A stretch of DNA of 64,000 bases from Eledone cirrhosa (lineage: Eukaryota). The notes under the pieces were generated by a model. It was not told the origin of the DNA, did no database searches, and was given only the letters and a program-made list of their open reading frames with translations. Both the position numbers and the translations under genes were made by a program. The stretch spans positions 281,914,001 through 281,978,000 of the forward strand of contig OZ024743.1 in assembly GCA_964016885.1 (NCBI GenBank). The letters run 5' to 3'. Below are positions 50,892 through 64,000 of the stretch, one piece after another (position 1 is the first letter of the stretch; each line of letters opens with the position of its first letter).

Positions 50892-51969
50892 CTAGCAGCA
50901 GGACCCGGTGTTGCAGTTGTACGGGGTAGGAAATGTGAAAAAGCAATACGCATATGCAAGATTGAGGAATGTAGCTGTGTACTTTTTGAATTCCCTTATT
51001 CTCAGGGAATGATTGTTCATCTACTGGAAATGTAGAACACTAGCAGGCTGAATCCAGTAGTAGCAGTGTCAGTGGGCTGATTGCAGAAATCCTGTATGCA
51101 AAAGGAGTAAGTGTTGTGGAGCAATGTATGTGGTAAGTCTGTTCACGAATTACGTCACGGATGGGGAACACACGTCAGTCAGAAGGAGCGACGTAGTCAA
51201 TTGTGTGAAAACCAAGTAGGGATATTGAGATGAGCGTGGTCTTAGTGCAATTAACACAAATGCTGGGCAGCACTGGCTGAACTGTGTTTACAGAGCAACA
51301 AAGGTGCGACAAAAGGGGTCACTGTAGAATTAGCACAACCGCTGTTCAGCGTACTTGCGCAGGGTGTTCATACTGCGGTATAGGTGCAACAAAAGGGGTC
51401 TTAGTAGAAGTAGCACAGACGTGAGTTTTACGGTGTCAATAACACGGCAACATACACAGGGCCCGGATTTGTGCGTGATGAAAGGACGAAGCGTCAACAG
51501 GGCGCCGACAAAAATATTAAGGTCCTCCTCATTTCCTCAATCCCCTGAAAATGGTCCTGATTAAAAGTATGTAAGTGTTGTGTCCTTTGTTAGATAAACC
51601 AAATTTTTAACGAAATATTATACGTTACTTACGATGTTTAAGTAGCATTAATATTGAAAATGGAAATGGCATGTAATGCCCAATGCTAATTCGTAAATTT
51701 CCTAGAAACCATTAATGGAATCAGAATTTGTTTTGTACACAACAATGCGAGGGGACTAACTAATGTGTGCTGCAAATTTCAAGGTCTAAAAATGCCTAAA
51801 AAATACGGTTTTTCGCCTAATGCAGAAAAAGTTAAAATTTGTAGCCCGTTGCACTACAAGAAATATAAGTAACGCATGTGTAAAGTTTGAAAAAAATTGG
51901 TCGGGTACTTCTTGAGTTTTAGGGATTTACACAGACGGACAGACATCCTCTGTTTTATATATATAGAGA
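50892..51969 (-). mobile_element. Non-autonomous Helitron
   Basis: minus-strand A|TCTCTATATATATAAAACAGAGGATGTCTGTCC start; hairpin and CTAG|T end. Confidence 0.72.
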
Positions 51970-51972
51970 TCT

Positions 51973-52074
51973 ATAGGAAATGAGTCAGGACCGCGACTGC
52001 TGAACTTCAGCCGTTTCGACAGCTAGATCGAAACAGCCGGAGCTCAGCCGTTGGGGTCCTGACTCATTTCCTAT
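51973..52074. repeat. ~100-bp hairpin palindrome; related copy at 53963-54087
   Basis: ataggaaatgagtcaggacc...ggtcctgactcatttcctat. Confidence 0.85.
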
Positions 52075-52244
52075 TACCTACAGGTGATGATGTCCATTTT
52101 CTCCCTCTCTAAAGGTTTATATGTCCAACTTATTAGACTAGTCAAAATCCTGCATTGAAGTTGTTAACTTTAAGCTAAATTGCATTCAAAATTCATAACC
52201 CACTCAACGCTTCTAAAAATACATTTACACACGCACACACACAC

Positions 52245-53682
52245 ATCATCATTATCATCATCAACGTTTAACGTCCGTGTTCCACGCTTGCATCGGTTTG
52301 GACGGGGGTTTTCCCACTTGAGGCAAGAGTGATTATCTTGCTCGCATAGGACTATCTGGCGGGTTTTCTACAGCTGGATGCCCTTCCTAACACCAACCAC
52401 ATTTACAGTGTGGGGCTGGGAGGTTTTTACCGTGTTGCCTACACGGCCACATTACAGCGTGGACTGTCTGACAGGTTTTCTACAGCTGGATGCCCTTCCT
52501 AACACCAACCACATTTACAGTGTGGGGCTGGGAGGTTTTTACCGTGTTGCCTACACGGCCACATTACAGCGTGGACTGTCTGGCAGGTTTTCTACAGCTG
52601 GATGCCCTTCCTAACACCAACCACATTTACAGTGTGGGGCTGGGAGGTTTTTACCGTGTTACCTACACGGCCACATTACAGCGTGGACTGTGTGTTTTTT
52701 TGTCGTGACACCTACATGATCTCATTTGTTTCGGCCTGGATGTTGTGGCACCAACATAACTTTACATTGAAAGGGGCGGTGTGGGGGCTATTTTGTTAGA
52801 GATGCCTACTGACTGTAGTAGGTTTTACTTTGTATTTAGGTAAGGCGGGTCTTCTCTATTACTGAGTACCGCCAAAGGTCTCGGTCCAGTGACATTGTCT
52901 TGGAGAGGTGTAAGTGTGTGAGGTCGGAATTTATCAGCTCGTCCCAGGTTTTTCTGGGTCTGCCTATTCCGTGGCTACCATCTATCTTTATTGCCCTGCA
53001 CTTTGTTATATAGCTATCGTCTTTCATGCGCATCACGTGACCATACCAACGTAGCCTTCTCTCGAGTAAACAACATCTGATCCCTCTTATTTCTAATTTT
53101 TTCCTTAGTTCATTTATGCTTTGCCGTTCACGTATATTACTATTACACATCCAGCGGAGCATGCAAGCTTCATTCCTCTCTAGTCTGCGTATATCCTCTG
53201 CACACAATGCCCAGGTCTCACTGCCATGCAACATTGCTGTTCGTATGCAGGCATCATACAACCTGCCTTTCATTTTTAGGGAGAACCCTTTAGCGGCTAA
53301 TAGTGGTATAAGCTCTCTGAACTTTTTCCATCCAGTTCTGACTCTAGCTACTGTACTTTCAGCTGATTTTGTCACCCAGGTAACGGAAGCTGTCCACTAT
53401 TTCTATAGAACCCTCTGCGCAGTTGAAAGATCTAGTATTTTGTGGGCACTTGCTGCTACTTATTGCACCAGAGTACCGACCACATGTAAAATCTATGTTC
53501 TTAGTTAGCTTACCTGTGATCCCACTACATCTTTTGTGCACCCATACTTTGCATTTGGGACACAAAATGAAGTTTCTACCTACGCCTTTCCTACACACTG
53601 AGCATGGCCACTTCCCGGAAGGGACTGCCGCCTTATTTTCTTTCTTACAAACTAGAACTTTAGTCTTAGCCAGGTTAATTTT
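52245..53682 (-). mobile_element. RTE 3' portion with a triplicated 112-bp 3' UTR unit
   Basis: ORFs 52836-53375 and 53359-53706; repeat period 112 (52378, 52490, 52602). Confidence 0.9.
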
Positions 53683-53700
53683 ACATACATATATATATAT

Positions 53701-54084
53701 ACCCACTCTACTACCATAAGTATTGAGTACTCTGGTGCGTTATAGTCCACCTGGTTCCTTACCACACTTCCTTCATTATATATATATATATATAAATATT
53801 TGTGTGTGTGTGTAAGCAATCGTATTTTTAGAACCCTTGGGTGGGTTATGAATTATATATATATTTATATATGTATATATATAAATATATATAATGAAGG
53901 AAGTGTGGTAAGGAACCAGGTATGCACCAGAGTACTCGATACTATGGGTAGTAAAGTGGGTAATAGGGAAAGAGTCAGGACCCCGATGGCTGAACTCCGG
54001 TCGTTTCAACAGCTATCTCTGAACAGTTCAGAGATAGCTGTCGAACTGGCCGGAGCTCAGCCGTCAGGTTCCTGACTCTTTTCC

Positions 54085-54087
<3 letters not shown>
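53701..54087. repeat. Two adjacent inverted repeats (53701-53780 with 53890-53961; 53963-54087)
   Basis: direct reverse-complement matching. Confidence 0.8.
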
Positions 54088-54130
<43 letters not shown>

Positions 54131-54135
<5 letters not shown>

Positions 54136-54621
54136 GAATTGAGAGAGAGACTGAGCATAAGAGGAATCAAATGCTGTGTGCAGGAGAGGCGGTTGCGTTG
54201 GTATGGACATGTGATGCGTATGAAGGATGACAGCTGCATAAAAAGGTGCAGAGCACTAGAAGTCGATGGAGACCGCAGAGTGGGGAGACCCAAGAAGACC
54301 TGGGATGAGGTGATAAAAGCCGACCTTACCCAATTACACCTCTCAAAGGCGATGGCACACGACCGTGACATCTGGCGTCACGCAGTAATACAGAAGACCC
54401 AACCCCCCATGGGTACAAGCCAAAGCTGAAGCATATAGACAATATGCCCCCACGCCCTCCCACTGCAAAGTGGTTGTGGAGGTGTCACGGCAAAAAAGCA
54501 CCCAGCCCACACTGTAAAGTGGACAAGTAGGTGCCATGGAAAAAAAGCACCCAGCACTCACTGTAAATGAGGTTGGTGTTAGGAAGGGCATCCAGCTGTA
54601 GAAATCAAGCCAGAATCAGTT
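54131..54621 (+). mobile_element. RTE 3' fragment
   Basis: ORF 54139-54429, same subfamily as the end of 39095-42146. Confidence 0.85.
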
Positions 54622-54859
54622 TACCTATGGTTTAAATTTCATATAAATTGTAGGGGAAAGATATTCAGCAGGGGTTTGTGCCCCCGGGGAACCCTTTGAT
54701 TAAAATGTAATATACTTATCTAAGTAACCTGGGCAATGTAGTTTCAGAATATATATGGTTATGGGGGTCTATCTCCAAAACCATAGGAGGAGTTTGTGAA
54801 CAAACAAACAGGAGCTACAACTTTATATATATATATAACTTAGACTAGTACTAAATGAA

Positions 54860-56187
54860 ACAAATGTAAGAATTATATTTGCATATGCACCTCAATCAAG
54901 ACTGCCAGATGGACTAAAAGACAGGTTCTACAAATCACTAATCAGACAACATCCCAAATAAGCAATGGTGACTTCATAATCATTGCTGCCAACTTGAATG
55001 GGCATGTTGGGCAATTCTGTGATGGCTTCAAAAGGGTCTACGGAGGTTATGGATTTGGTGCTAGAAATGACGAAGGCTCTGGAATTCTGTGATGCCAATG
55101 ATCTATCTATCTGTAACACAAACTTAAAAAAAACTAGACAATCAGTTGATCACCTGTAGACCATGTGAGCATACCAGCCAGATAGACTTTATCCTCACCA
55201 GAAGATGAGACAGAGTGATAGTTGTAAACATAAAAACCCTCCCAGGTAAAGAATGCACCTCCCAACATAACCTAGTAGTTAGCGACCTCATAGTTAAGGC
55301 GAGATAAACTTGACAACAAAGGACAACCTGGAGGAGAAGAATATGGAAATTAAAAGACCCTGCAGTTAGTAACAAATTTAGAGGTGTGTTGCTTGAGGGT
55401 TCGGTAGAAGTTGTTGATAGTTTCTGTTGATGGCAGCTATGGTGTAGCATAAGTGGGATTAGATGCAGTGTGCAGGAGAGGAGACTGCATTGGTATGAGC
55501 CTGTGATGCATATGAAGGACAACATCGTTATAGAAAGATACAGAGTGCTCAAAGGTGATGGTAGCCATGGAGTTGGGAAACCCAGGAAGGCTTGGGATGA
55601 GGTGATAAAAGCTGACCTTGCACAATTGCACCTCTCAAAGGCAATGACACAGGATCAAGATCTCTGGCCTTATACAGTAATATAGAAGACCTGCCTTCCC
55701 ATGTGTACATGTTGAAGCATACATCTTGTATGCACTACCTTCTCCTCCTCTTTCCATACACCTCCCACATCATAACACCCCTCCCTTCATTCCTGTCCTT
55801 CTCCCTTTTGCACCACCCACGTCCTAACAATCCACCCACACCCAAACACTCTGCCCCTCCCACATGCCCCTAGATGTACCACCATAATCCCAAGTCCCCA
55901 GCCCACACTGTAAAGTGCTTGTGATGCCGACACAACAAAAAGTGCCCAGCCCCCGCTGTAAAGTGGTCATGTAGGTGTCACAACAAAAAGCACCCAGCAC
56001 ACACTGTAAATGTTGTTGATGTTAGGAAGGGTATCCAGCCATAGAAACCAAGCCAAAACTAGTTCTGTATGAGCAAGACTTGGTCATCTGACCTGGCTTG
56101 TCAGGCAACTCATCTAACATGGCAACTCATCTGACCCATGCTAGCGTGGATAAATGGACGTTAAACGGTGATGATGATGATGATGAT
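54860..56187 (+). mobile_element. Degenerate, internally deleted RTE
   Basis: APE remnants, ERRLHWY...AWDEVIK, 3' UTR and (GAT)n. Confidence 0.72.
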
Positions 56188-56360
56188 ATATATGCTAGTA
56201 TATATATCAGGGTTAGATTATCAATTAATATTTATTATATAAATTATAGTCAGAATACCATTCTAATAGCTGAGGCTTCTTGTTGATGGAAGGGGTCTGC
56301 CAACATTGCAAATGTCACTGGAAATGTAATTTCAAAATTTATTACTTAAATATATCTTAC

Positions 56361-56445
56361 GTCTTTCAAAGATGGTCGATATACCACCCAGCCTGTAGGA
56401 AGTTTGATCTCAGAAACAGCCATGTTGGTACTGTTAGACAAATCT
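56361..56445 (-). CDS. A2M-like gene exon (receptor-binding/MG8 domain)
   Basis: ccag|A...GAC|gtaaga, phase 2-0; DLSNSTNMAVSEIKLPTGWVVYRPSLKD fits the SNMA..EV...SG motif. Confidence 0.88.
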
Positions 56446-58685
56446 CTGGAAAATTGAAAAACAAATGCTATGGTTTAATGCTTTTAAAGGCTTTTTTTTT
56501 TCTATTTTCATTTCTGTTTTTTTTTTTCGATGTCCTGTTTATTGAATAGTGTGTTTATGAAATAGCAGCTGACTGAGTCCATAAGGCATCAAGTTACCAG
56601 TTAGAAAGTAAATGGTTCATAACCTCTCATCAAGACAGTTTAGTTGGCTCAGGTCACAAAGCTGTAAATATATTACCATGGCTAGGCATGTAATTCAGTA
56701 AGCAACAGCTAATGTTTTAAGGCGATCATCCCCTGTTACAGCTGGAGTTGATCTTGTGGGTTCATGCACATGATCAGGTTCTATTTGAAACAATGTTTTA
56801 TGGCTGAATACTCTTTTTGGTGCCAACCCTTTTAGTCTTTCTCCTCTTACAACACATAGGGATACAGTGTACCTATTTTAAGTTGGATATATACATCATT
56901 ATGTAAGACAATAAGGACATTGTATAATTTACAGATTAATTTACTTTCAGTGATGATTTCAAAAACAAATATTGGTTAGCAGTAGGAGACAATACCAATA
57001 TATTCTCTAAAAGTGAAGGCATGTGACTTAGTTTTGAGGGTGTTTGGCTTCAATTGTGGGGCTGTGAGCTTGAATTCTGGTAGCTCATTGCAAGGAAAGT
57101 GACTTTAAAACACTTGTTGTTTGTTTTTATATATGTAATATATATTAAAGCAGCAAACTGACAGTCATTAGAACGTTGGATAGAATGCTTTACAGTATTT
57201 CTTTCGTCTCTCCGCTCTCTGAGGTCAAACCCTGCCGATGTCAACTTTGCCTTTCATTCTATTCAAGGTCAATAAAAAAAAGTACCAGTCTAATACTGGA
57301 GTAGATTCTTTCTCTATATCTCTTTCTCACTTCTGTTCTCTCATACTCTCTATCCTTCACTGGAAGAAATCTACTGTATTCAGACCTGAAGAGGAGATGG
57401 GCTCTGCCAGGTTTTAAAATACACTAGAAATGTTGTATGTTGATACAGTGCCCTTATGACTCCCTCAAGAGTTATTGGATGAAGAATAATAATATATATT
57501 ACTGTATAGCTCATTGTGTAATGGTTATATACATATCATACATTAGTGTGTATGTATGTGAATATATGTGACTTTGTGATAAAGGTGTTTAGTTCACAAT
57601 CATAAGGTTGTGAGTTCAATTTGGGACAGTGCATTGAGTCCTCCAGCAAGACACTTTATTTCCTTTACTCCAGTTCACTCAGTTGAAATAAAATTAGTTA
57701 TACAATTCAAGTACAACTTGTTACACACTGTATTATAGTGAATCTCCCAGAGAATTATGTTAAATGTGCACGTGTCTGTGGAATGTTCAGCTACTTGCAC
57801 ATTAATTTCACAAGCTGGCTATTCTATTGTTCAAACAACTGAAATCAGTGGAAATATGAAAAATCCAAGTTTTCTGAAAAATTGAGTGTTTATGTTTTGT
57901 AACTTAGCAGTTCAACAAAAATAGGTCGATGAAATATGTACAAAACTTGAAAAAAATAAGTAGTGCGGTTGATGTGATTGATAAAATCCCTTCAAAGTAA
58001 TACCCCAGTATGGTTACATTGTAATGACAGAAACCAGTAAAAATATATACATATATATAAGCATGGAAAAGTGGACATAAAAACGATGACGATAACGGCT
58101 TGCTAAACACACATGTACTTTCCTCCTGTGAAAACATTTTTTGCCCATTTCTTCCTTTTTTTATTTTCGTTTGTCTTTCTATTTCTTCTATCTTTCATTC
58201 TATCTTCCAATGAAGACCTAACATCCAAAATACTACATCAAGCGTTAAACTGATACATATATCATCATTGTACTGTATTGTTCTCCATGTTGTTTTTTCT
58301 GGTTGTCTTTTTGCATATATATATATCTATCAGGAGGTTATGAAGTTTAGAAGAGAGCAAATGACCAAAGCAAAAGCATAACATTTTTTTAGTCCGCTCC
58401 GTTCCACCCATAATTGCCTTGGAAACGTTACTTTTTACTCAATTTTGCTGTCTAATGAAATCATCATATTGATTGTCATTGAAATATGTATAATGGTTCT
58501 ATTAATAAGGGACTCTTTAAGATCTACAACTTCACATTTTCTTCATTCTATATACAAGCGAGACATGGTCACCTGACCTTGCTTCAAGTGGGACAAACCC
58601 GTCTAACCTATGCTAGCGTGGAAGATAGACATTAAAGGATGATGATATATATACAAACTGAAGTATCTTTTACAAGCAGACTCAC

Positions 58686-58801
58686 CCAACGATGATACTT
58701 AGTGAAGCTCGATCACATCTCTCATCATAGTCGGGGAACACTTTCAAGATCAATGGTGATGTATTGGCAATCATTTCAAATATGTTGTACTTCACATTCA
58801 T
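58686..58801 (-). CDS. A2M-like gene exon
   Basis: ttag|ATG...GG|gtgagt, phase 0-2; MNVKYNIFEMIANTSPLILKVFPDYDERCDRASLSIIVG. Confidence 0.85.
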
Positions 58802-59379
58802 CTAAATTGAAATAGATATATATATGGAAAAAATGAGGAAGTGCATTGATAATAACAATAGAGATAAGTATTGTAATGATAGGAGGTGGTGATGATGCTG
58901 ATGATGATAGTGATGGTGATGATACTCATGATGATGATGATGAAATTTGGTTTTAGTTGTGATGATAACGATGATGGTGGTGGTGATTAAAACATAAAAT
59001 TTTGTTCTTTCACTTATATTCCTATATCAGAAGATTCCTCTGGTAAAATCATCAATTTTAAAATTAATTCATTGACCTATCACTAAAGTATCCTCTCTCA
59101 TTTCACAACTGCTATACTGCAAGTTAAAATGTGGCAAGAGGTACTTAGGTACTCAGAGCCTTACCCAAGGCACTGTAGCGTATACCATGAGTTATGAGAT
59201 ATGAAGTTAAGACAGCATATCAGCAGAATGCTAATCATCTCAACCATTGAAAATCTCCAAATTAATACATTTTAAACACTTTATACCAATCTGGGTCTAG
59301 TTCTATGTGACAAAACCACCCATTTTAAAAGGCTCTTTTTTAAACTAATATCTTTCAGCATAATTGTATATAAGGCCTA

Positions 59380-60390
59380 AAAGTTAACCTAACAAAGACT
59401 AAAATCTTAATAAGCAAGAAGGTGGATAGGAAGCTGTTGAAAGGCCATAGAGTGCACACAGTGCAATCTATGGATGCACAAGAAATGTAGTCAGATTGCA
59501 GGTAAGTTAATGAAGAAGATACACTTTATATGTGGCAGATGCACATGAGAAGTAACCACTAAGACCACACATGAAAAGGATTCCTTCATCTGCATAGGAG
59601 ACTCTCTAGAAGTTGTTGACAGCTTTTGTTATCTAGGTAATCAAATCAGCAGGAGGAGAGGATGCTCTGAAAGTAGGATAGTCAAGATAAGAACAGGCTG
59701 GAAGAAGTTTAGAGAGTTGCTACCTCTACTGACAACAAAGAGCATCTCTCCTAGCCCTTTAGCATTTAGATTGCTATATATTTACTATTGTATTTTCACA
59801 ATAAAGGCTTTGTCTCACATAATATCGAATCTATGAGATTTAAGTATTATTTATTTGGAGAACAATACCTTAATGTCAGTATGAATGGCCAGTTGAACAG
59901 AAAAAGGTAAGAGAATTCTCGCTGGATATGGCTGGTTTAAATACTAAATGGCTAGATTGAAGGGTAGATTTTATGATGCCCGCATGCAAGCTGCAATGCT
60001 ATATGGCAATGAGACATGAGCCTTGATGCAGAAGACCTGAGAAGGCTAGAAAGGAATGATGCAAATATGCTCTAATGAATGAGTAATGTTAATTGTGCAT
60101 TGTATATCATAGGTAAGCTGAGAGAAAGGCTTAGCATGAGAGAAATTGGATGAAGTGTGCAAGAGAGAAGACTTCACTGGTATAGATATGTGATGTGTAT
60201 GGAAAATGACAGTTGTATAAAAAAAAGTTCAGAGAAATATTAGTGGATGGGACTTGTGGATGAGGTAGACCCAGGAAGACATGGATTGAGGTAGTGAGGA
60301 CTAAACTTAAGCTGAACCTCATAGCAGAGATGACAAAGGACTGCGATGATTGTTGACATGCTACACTTGAAGAAGACCTGCCTACCAGCC
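59380..60390 (+). mobile_element. Degenerate RTE 3' region interrupted by a MITE
   Basis: [25 protein letters not shown] remnants. Confidence 0.7.
59755..59951. mobile_element. piggyBac-like MITE with CTAG duplication
   Basis: ctag|ccctttagcattta...taaatactaaatgg|ctag inside the RTE reading frame. Confidence 0.6.
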
Positions 60391-61338
60391 TAAAAGTTGA
60401 CCTGACTCATCCACTATCACCATTTAGTAATTGTCTGCACTATCACAGCACCCCCTAACCCTTTCATGTCCCTCCTTCCTCACAAACTGCCACCCCTGTA
60501 GTAGCTATTCTAAGCATCACTGTACATCCTCACCCTTACACTATCTAGGATAACCCCCACTCCTCCTAAATCTTAACACCCATAGTTTATCCAGGGTCAC
60601 CACTAATCCCCCAATCTACTTTAAATCCTCCCTCTTGAACCCTGACACATCAGTCATCACCCTTAGTAGCCATTATTATTTTCCCATACTGCCAAGGTCT
60701 CCCCTCCTATTCCCCACCCTTCATCCGGTCAAATCCCTCCATGCTTAGCATATGCCCATGACATACAGCCCAACCCTGTCCAAAAGGTAGAGATGTATCT
60801 TTAGTTGAGTCAATGACTGACAAACCCTCTACACTCTGTAAGGTGGCTGGTGATAGGAAAGGCATCCCACTGTAGAAAACATGCCAAAAGGGCCAAGAGG
60901 ACTCTTTAGTTGTCTCAGATGAATGACAACTTATCTGGTGTTGATGATCTGTATAAAAAACGTACTCATTACATTCTGTAAAATGGTTGGTGATATAGCA
61001 AAACCGCATCTAGCATTCCATTTACTGCGCTGTGTATGAGTGTATGTGTATGTGTGTGTTTGTGTAAATGTATGTGTGTGTGTTTGTGAGAATGTATGCG
61101 TGTTTGTGTGAATGTATGTGTATTTGCGTGAATCTATGTGTATATGTGTGAATGTATGTCTGTGTGTGTGTATTTTTGCAAATGTGTCTGTGTTTGCGCG
61201 TTTATATTTATAAAATCATACATATAAATGTATGCACATACACATACACACATGCAAACACATATACACATACACGTCAGCATGTTGAAAAAGATCCTAG
61301 TAATACAAAATTTGAATGAATTGAATTTCATGCTGTAC

Positions 61339-61551
61339 CTGAACTAAGGCACATCCAGCTCCTTTTGCTTTTAGTTTTATTTCATTTGGCACCTTTTTGA
61401 TCTCTTCTTTCATTAATAATAAGCTGTTGAGATTATTTAATGAAAACGCCTTCTTAAATTCATCACCTTTTAATTCAATATGCATATCAAGTTTATCAGT
61501 GTATGTGAATTTGGCACACTCTGCCAAAGCTTGTAATGCCAGCACTGTATC
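61339..61551 (-). CDS. A2M-like gene exon
   Basis: cag|GAT...CAG|gtacag, 213 bp, phase 0-0; DTVLALQALAECAKF...KAKGAGCALVQ completes the STQ-DTV.ALQAL motif. Confidence 0.92.
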
Positions 61552-62791
61552 CTGTCAAAGACAAAAGTAGTTCATGTTGAGTACAATAGCAACAACAATT
61601 ACAGGTATAAAAATATTAATATTATGATTGTTCTAAATACAATAAATTAGAGAACTAATCGAGGGACTGTGGAGTGTCAGGAAATATAGCCCCCATCTCG
61701 AGCCTAATGTTCCATAAAGAAAGATTATAATAGTGAGGTAAAAGCCCACTTTGGTTACAGATGACCATGGATTTTGCACCTAGAAAGTTCCCCTTTGAGC
61801 ACAAGCCTGGACAAGGTGCTTTTGTGGAAAACCAGTAGTCACCCATGCTTTCCAGTCTCCACTTTCCATGTCACCGATCTTATCCAAGAGTAAATCATTG
61901 GCTGATACAGCTTGACACCAGGAATGTTGCAACTCATTTTTTCTTACCTGAGTGAACTGGAGCAATGTGAAATAAAGTATCTTGTGAAAGGACACAATAC
62001 ACCACCTAGTCTGGGAATCGAACTCACAACCTCCTCACCATTGTGAGCCCCATACCTTCCAAATAGTGAGGTACAGTGTAGAAATTTGTTATTTTAACAC
62101 CTCTAATATCTATCTAGGGCGGGTAAAATTCCCGAGATCCATGGACGAGTTCTCTCCAGCGGTCTCTGCCCCTCATTATTGCTGCCATGTCCTGCGTCTC
62201 CAACAGACCAGTGTCTGTCCTTAGGGCATCAACATACATTAACCTTGGTCTTCCTCTTCCAGTGTGTCCCAAAAGTCAGCTCAAAAGTGACACAGAGGAG
62301 ACTGAGGTTGGCTGGACATGCTCACCAACATCCAGAGTTGACATTGCACTCAGTACTCCTGTGGGAGCCCCTACCTCTAATATAGTGACTCCAATTAAGT
62401 ACTGTCTTCGTCTGAGTTAAACCATCCAACACTTCCTAGCAGGAAAAACAGATGTTAAATGATGATGATGATGATGATGATGATGAGTATGTTTTTTTCC
62501 TAACCTTTTTTTTCACACTTGTATTTCTAATTTGTGTTTTACCAACCTCCCCAAAACAATCAAAACTACATACCTCACAATGCTTTATATAAACTATATA
62601 AACTGCTTTGTTAAGACTAATGCAATTACAGTAGATGAGTTTGAATTTCTGACCATATTTATCAGTAGCCAAGCACCTTGAAAGACCTTGTCCTAGTTTG
62701 CAATAAATATATATTTTTTTTATGTGAATGGAGTGAGTGGGAGGGAAAGGGGTAATAAAAAAAATAATTTAGAAATGAAATTTAAATTTAC

Positions 62792-63015
62792 TTGTGTTGA
62801 AGAGAATCCTCCATATGGATTTCTTTGCTTTGTAAGCCACTGTATAGTATTTAAGATTTCTGCAACTGCATCCACACCTTCATCTTGTAAAATACCCAAT
62901 ACGATATATGATGTTATCTCTACTTCAGCAGAAGGAGCTTGTCCATATAAGAGCCAAGGGTCAAGTTCATTAGATTCAACTTTTTTGTTGTCTCTGGTCC
63001 AGTAAATATCTCCAT
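62792..63015 (-). CDS. Alpha-2-macroglobulin-like (TEP family) gene, first exon visible in window (end of TED domain)
   Basis: ag|AT GGA...ACA CAA|gtaaat; translates GDIYWTRDNKKVESNELDPWLLYGQAPSAEVEITSYIVLGILQDEGVDAVAEILNTIQWLTKQRNPYGGFSSTQ, matching A2M-family motifs APSAEVE.TSY and GGFSSTQ. Confidence 0.92.
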
Positions 63016-64000
63016 CTATGATTTGATTTTAGTAATAAAAGAATTAAGAAACAAAAACCTATATGGAGAGTGGGGGTGAGGGGAGAAAGAGAGAGAGATT
63101 TGAAGAAAACTAAACAATTTCAAAATATGAATGCATTTGTGTGTGTACGTGTGCATGCGTATGTTGTCATTTTATTTTTAAATATACAAAATGGTAAACA
63201 ATAGGAAGGGCATCCAACTATAGAAACGATGTCAAAATACCAAATGTATGAGCAAGATGTGTTTCTCAGACCCATCTAGTCAGGGACCATGATGACGCAG
63301 CCAATGCAGGCCAGCATAGAAAGTGGACAAAGGGATGGTGATGATGATGATGATGACAAGCCAAATAAGGTAAAAGAAATCGAATAATATAAAATCAAAA
63401 CAGTTTCTTTGAATTAGTCATCATCATTCTCATCTCTTGGTTTCATGAATTTGATTGCATTGAATTTATCTGCGTTCACACAAGCATTTGGCCCTTGAGT
63501 GCCTTTAGTAGAGTGCATTCTAGCCAGGTCAACAGTTAAAAGATGCCTCCTTTCCATAAGTCCCTGAAAAGAGTCATAGGCTCTGTATCTCCCTAATTAA
63601 ACTGTAAAATATTAAAAAAATAGCTGTACAAATGTATTTTTTGGACTGATAATAACGACATGAGAAGTGGGATGCAGCTGGATCTAGGAGTCTTCCTCAT
63701 TGTCAATCCGCTTCTCTCCAATGACACCTCATTCTGTTAGTCTCCTCTTTCAAAGAAGTCATGTCCAAAATGGCACTTTCTCCTCCAGAGCAGACAGTCA
63801 AAGACATCAATTATTCATGAAAAATTATCAATCTTTTTGAATATAAATTGTACATGTCATATTTGTCACAGAACTTGCAAATCTCTTGTTGAGAACAAAA
63901 GCCACATAGATATGTGTGACAGGGTTATGGTGAGATAAAAAAATCTTTTAGAGAAAGTAGCCAGGTTTAAGCCTGAACAGACATTAGTGGTGACAGTGGC

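Noticed and set aside
52355-52690. Regularly spaced repeats as a CRISPR-like array
   Set aside because: Head-to-tail units without unique spacers, in eukaryotic LINE UTR
63016-64000. Further upstream A2M exon
   Set aside because: No open frame with suitable splice sites or motifs found; probably outside the window

Overview
AT-rich animal DNA; the SINE/LINE repertoire and the abundant (TA)n tracts suggest an octopod cephalopod (inference). The one host gene is on the minus strand: 11 coding exons (63015 down to a stop at 7110) of an alpha-2-macroglobulin-family thioester-containing protein, assembled by hand with GT-AG sites and matching phases. It ends in an unexpected NTR/C345C-like cysteine module and continues beyond the window end. 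Its introns (one about 29 kb) and the downstream region are packed with mobile DNA: many RTE LINE fragments, a CORE-type SINE with an RTE tail, Nin-domain SINEs, an integrase-less Gypsy element, a non-coding LTR element with a tRNA-Trp PBS, Helitrons, a deleted mariner and Penelope-like (GIY-YIG) remnants. The most striking unexplained structure is a set of minimal type I hammerhead ribozyme motifs, several with intact cores and one with a ~95-nt stem II. They occur in Penelope-associated segments and fold-back palindromes embedded in TA microsatellites, and some lie on the sense strand of the host pre-mRNA. TE boundaries are approximate unless a TSD or TIR is quoted. All folds and alignments were done by eye.
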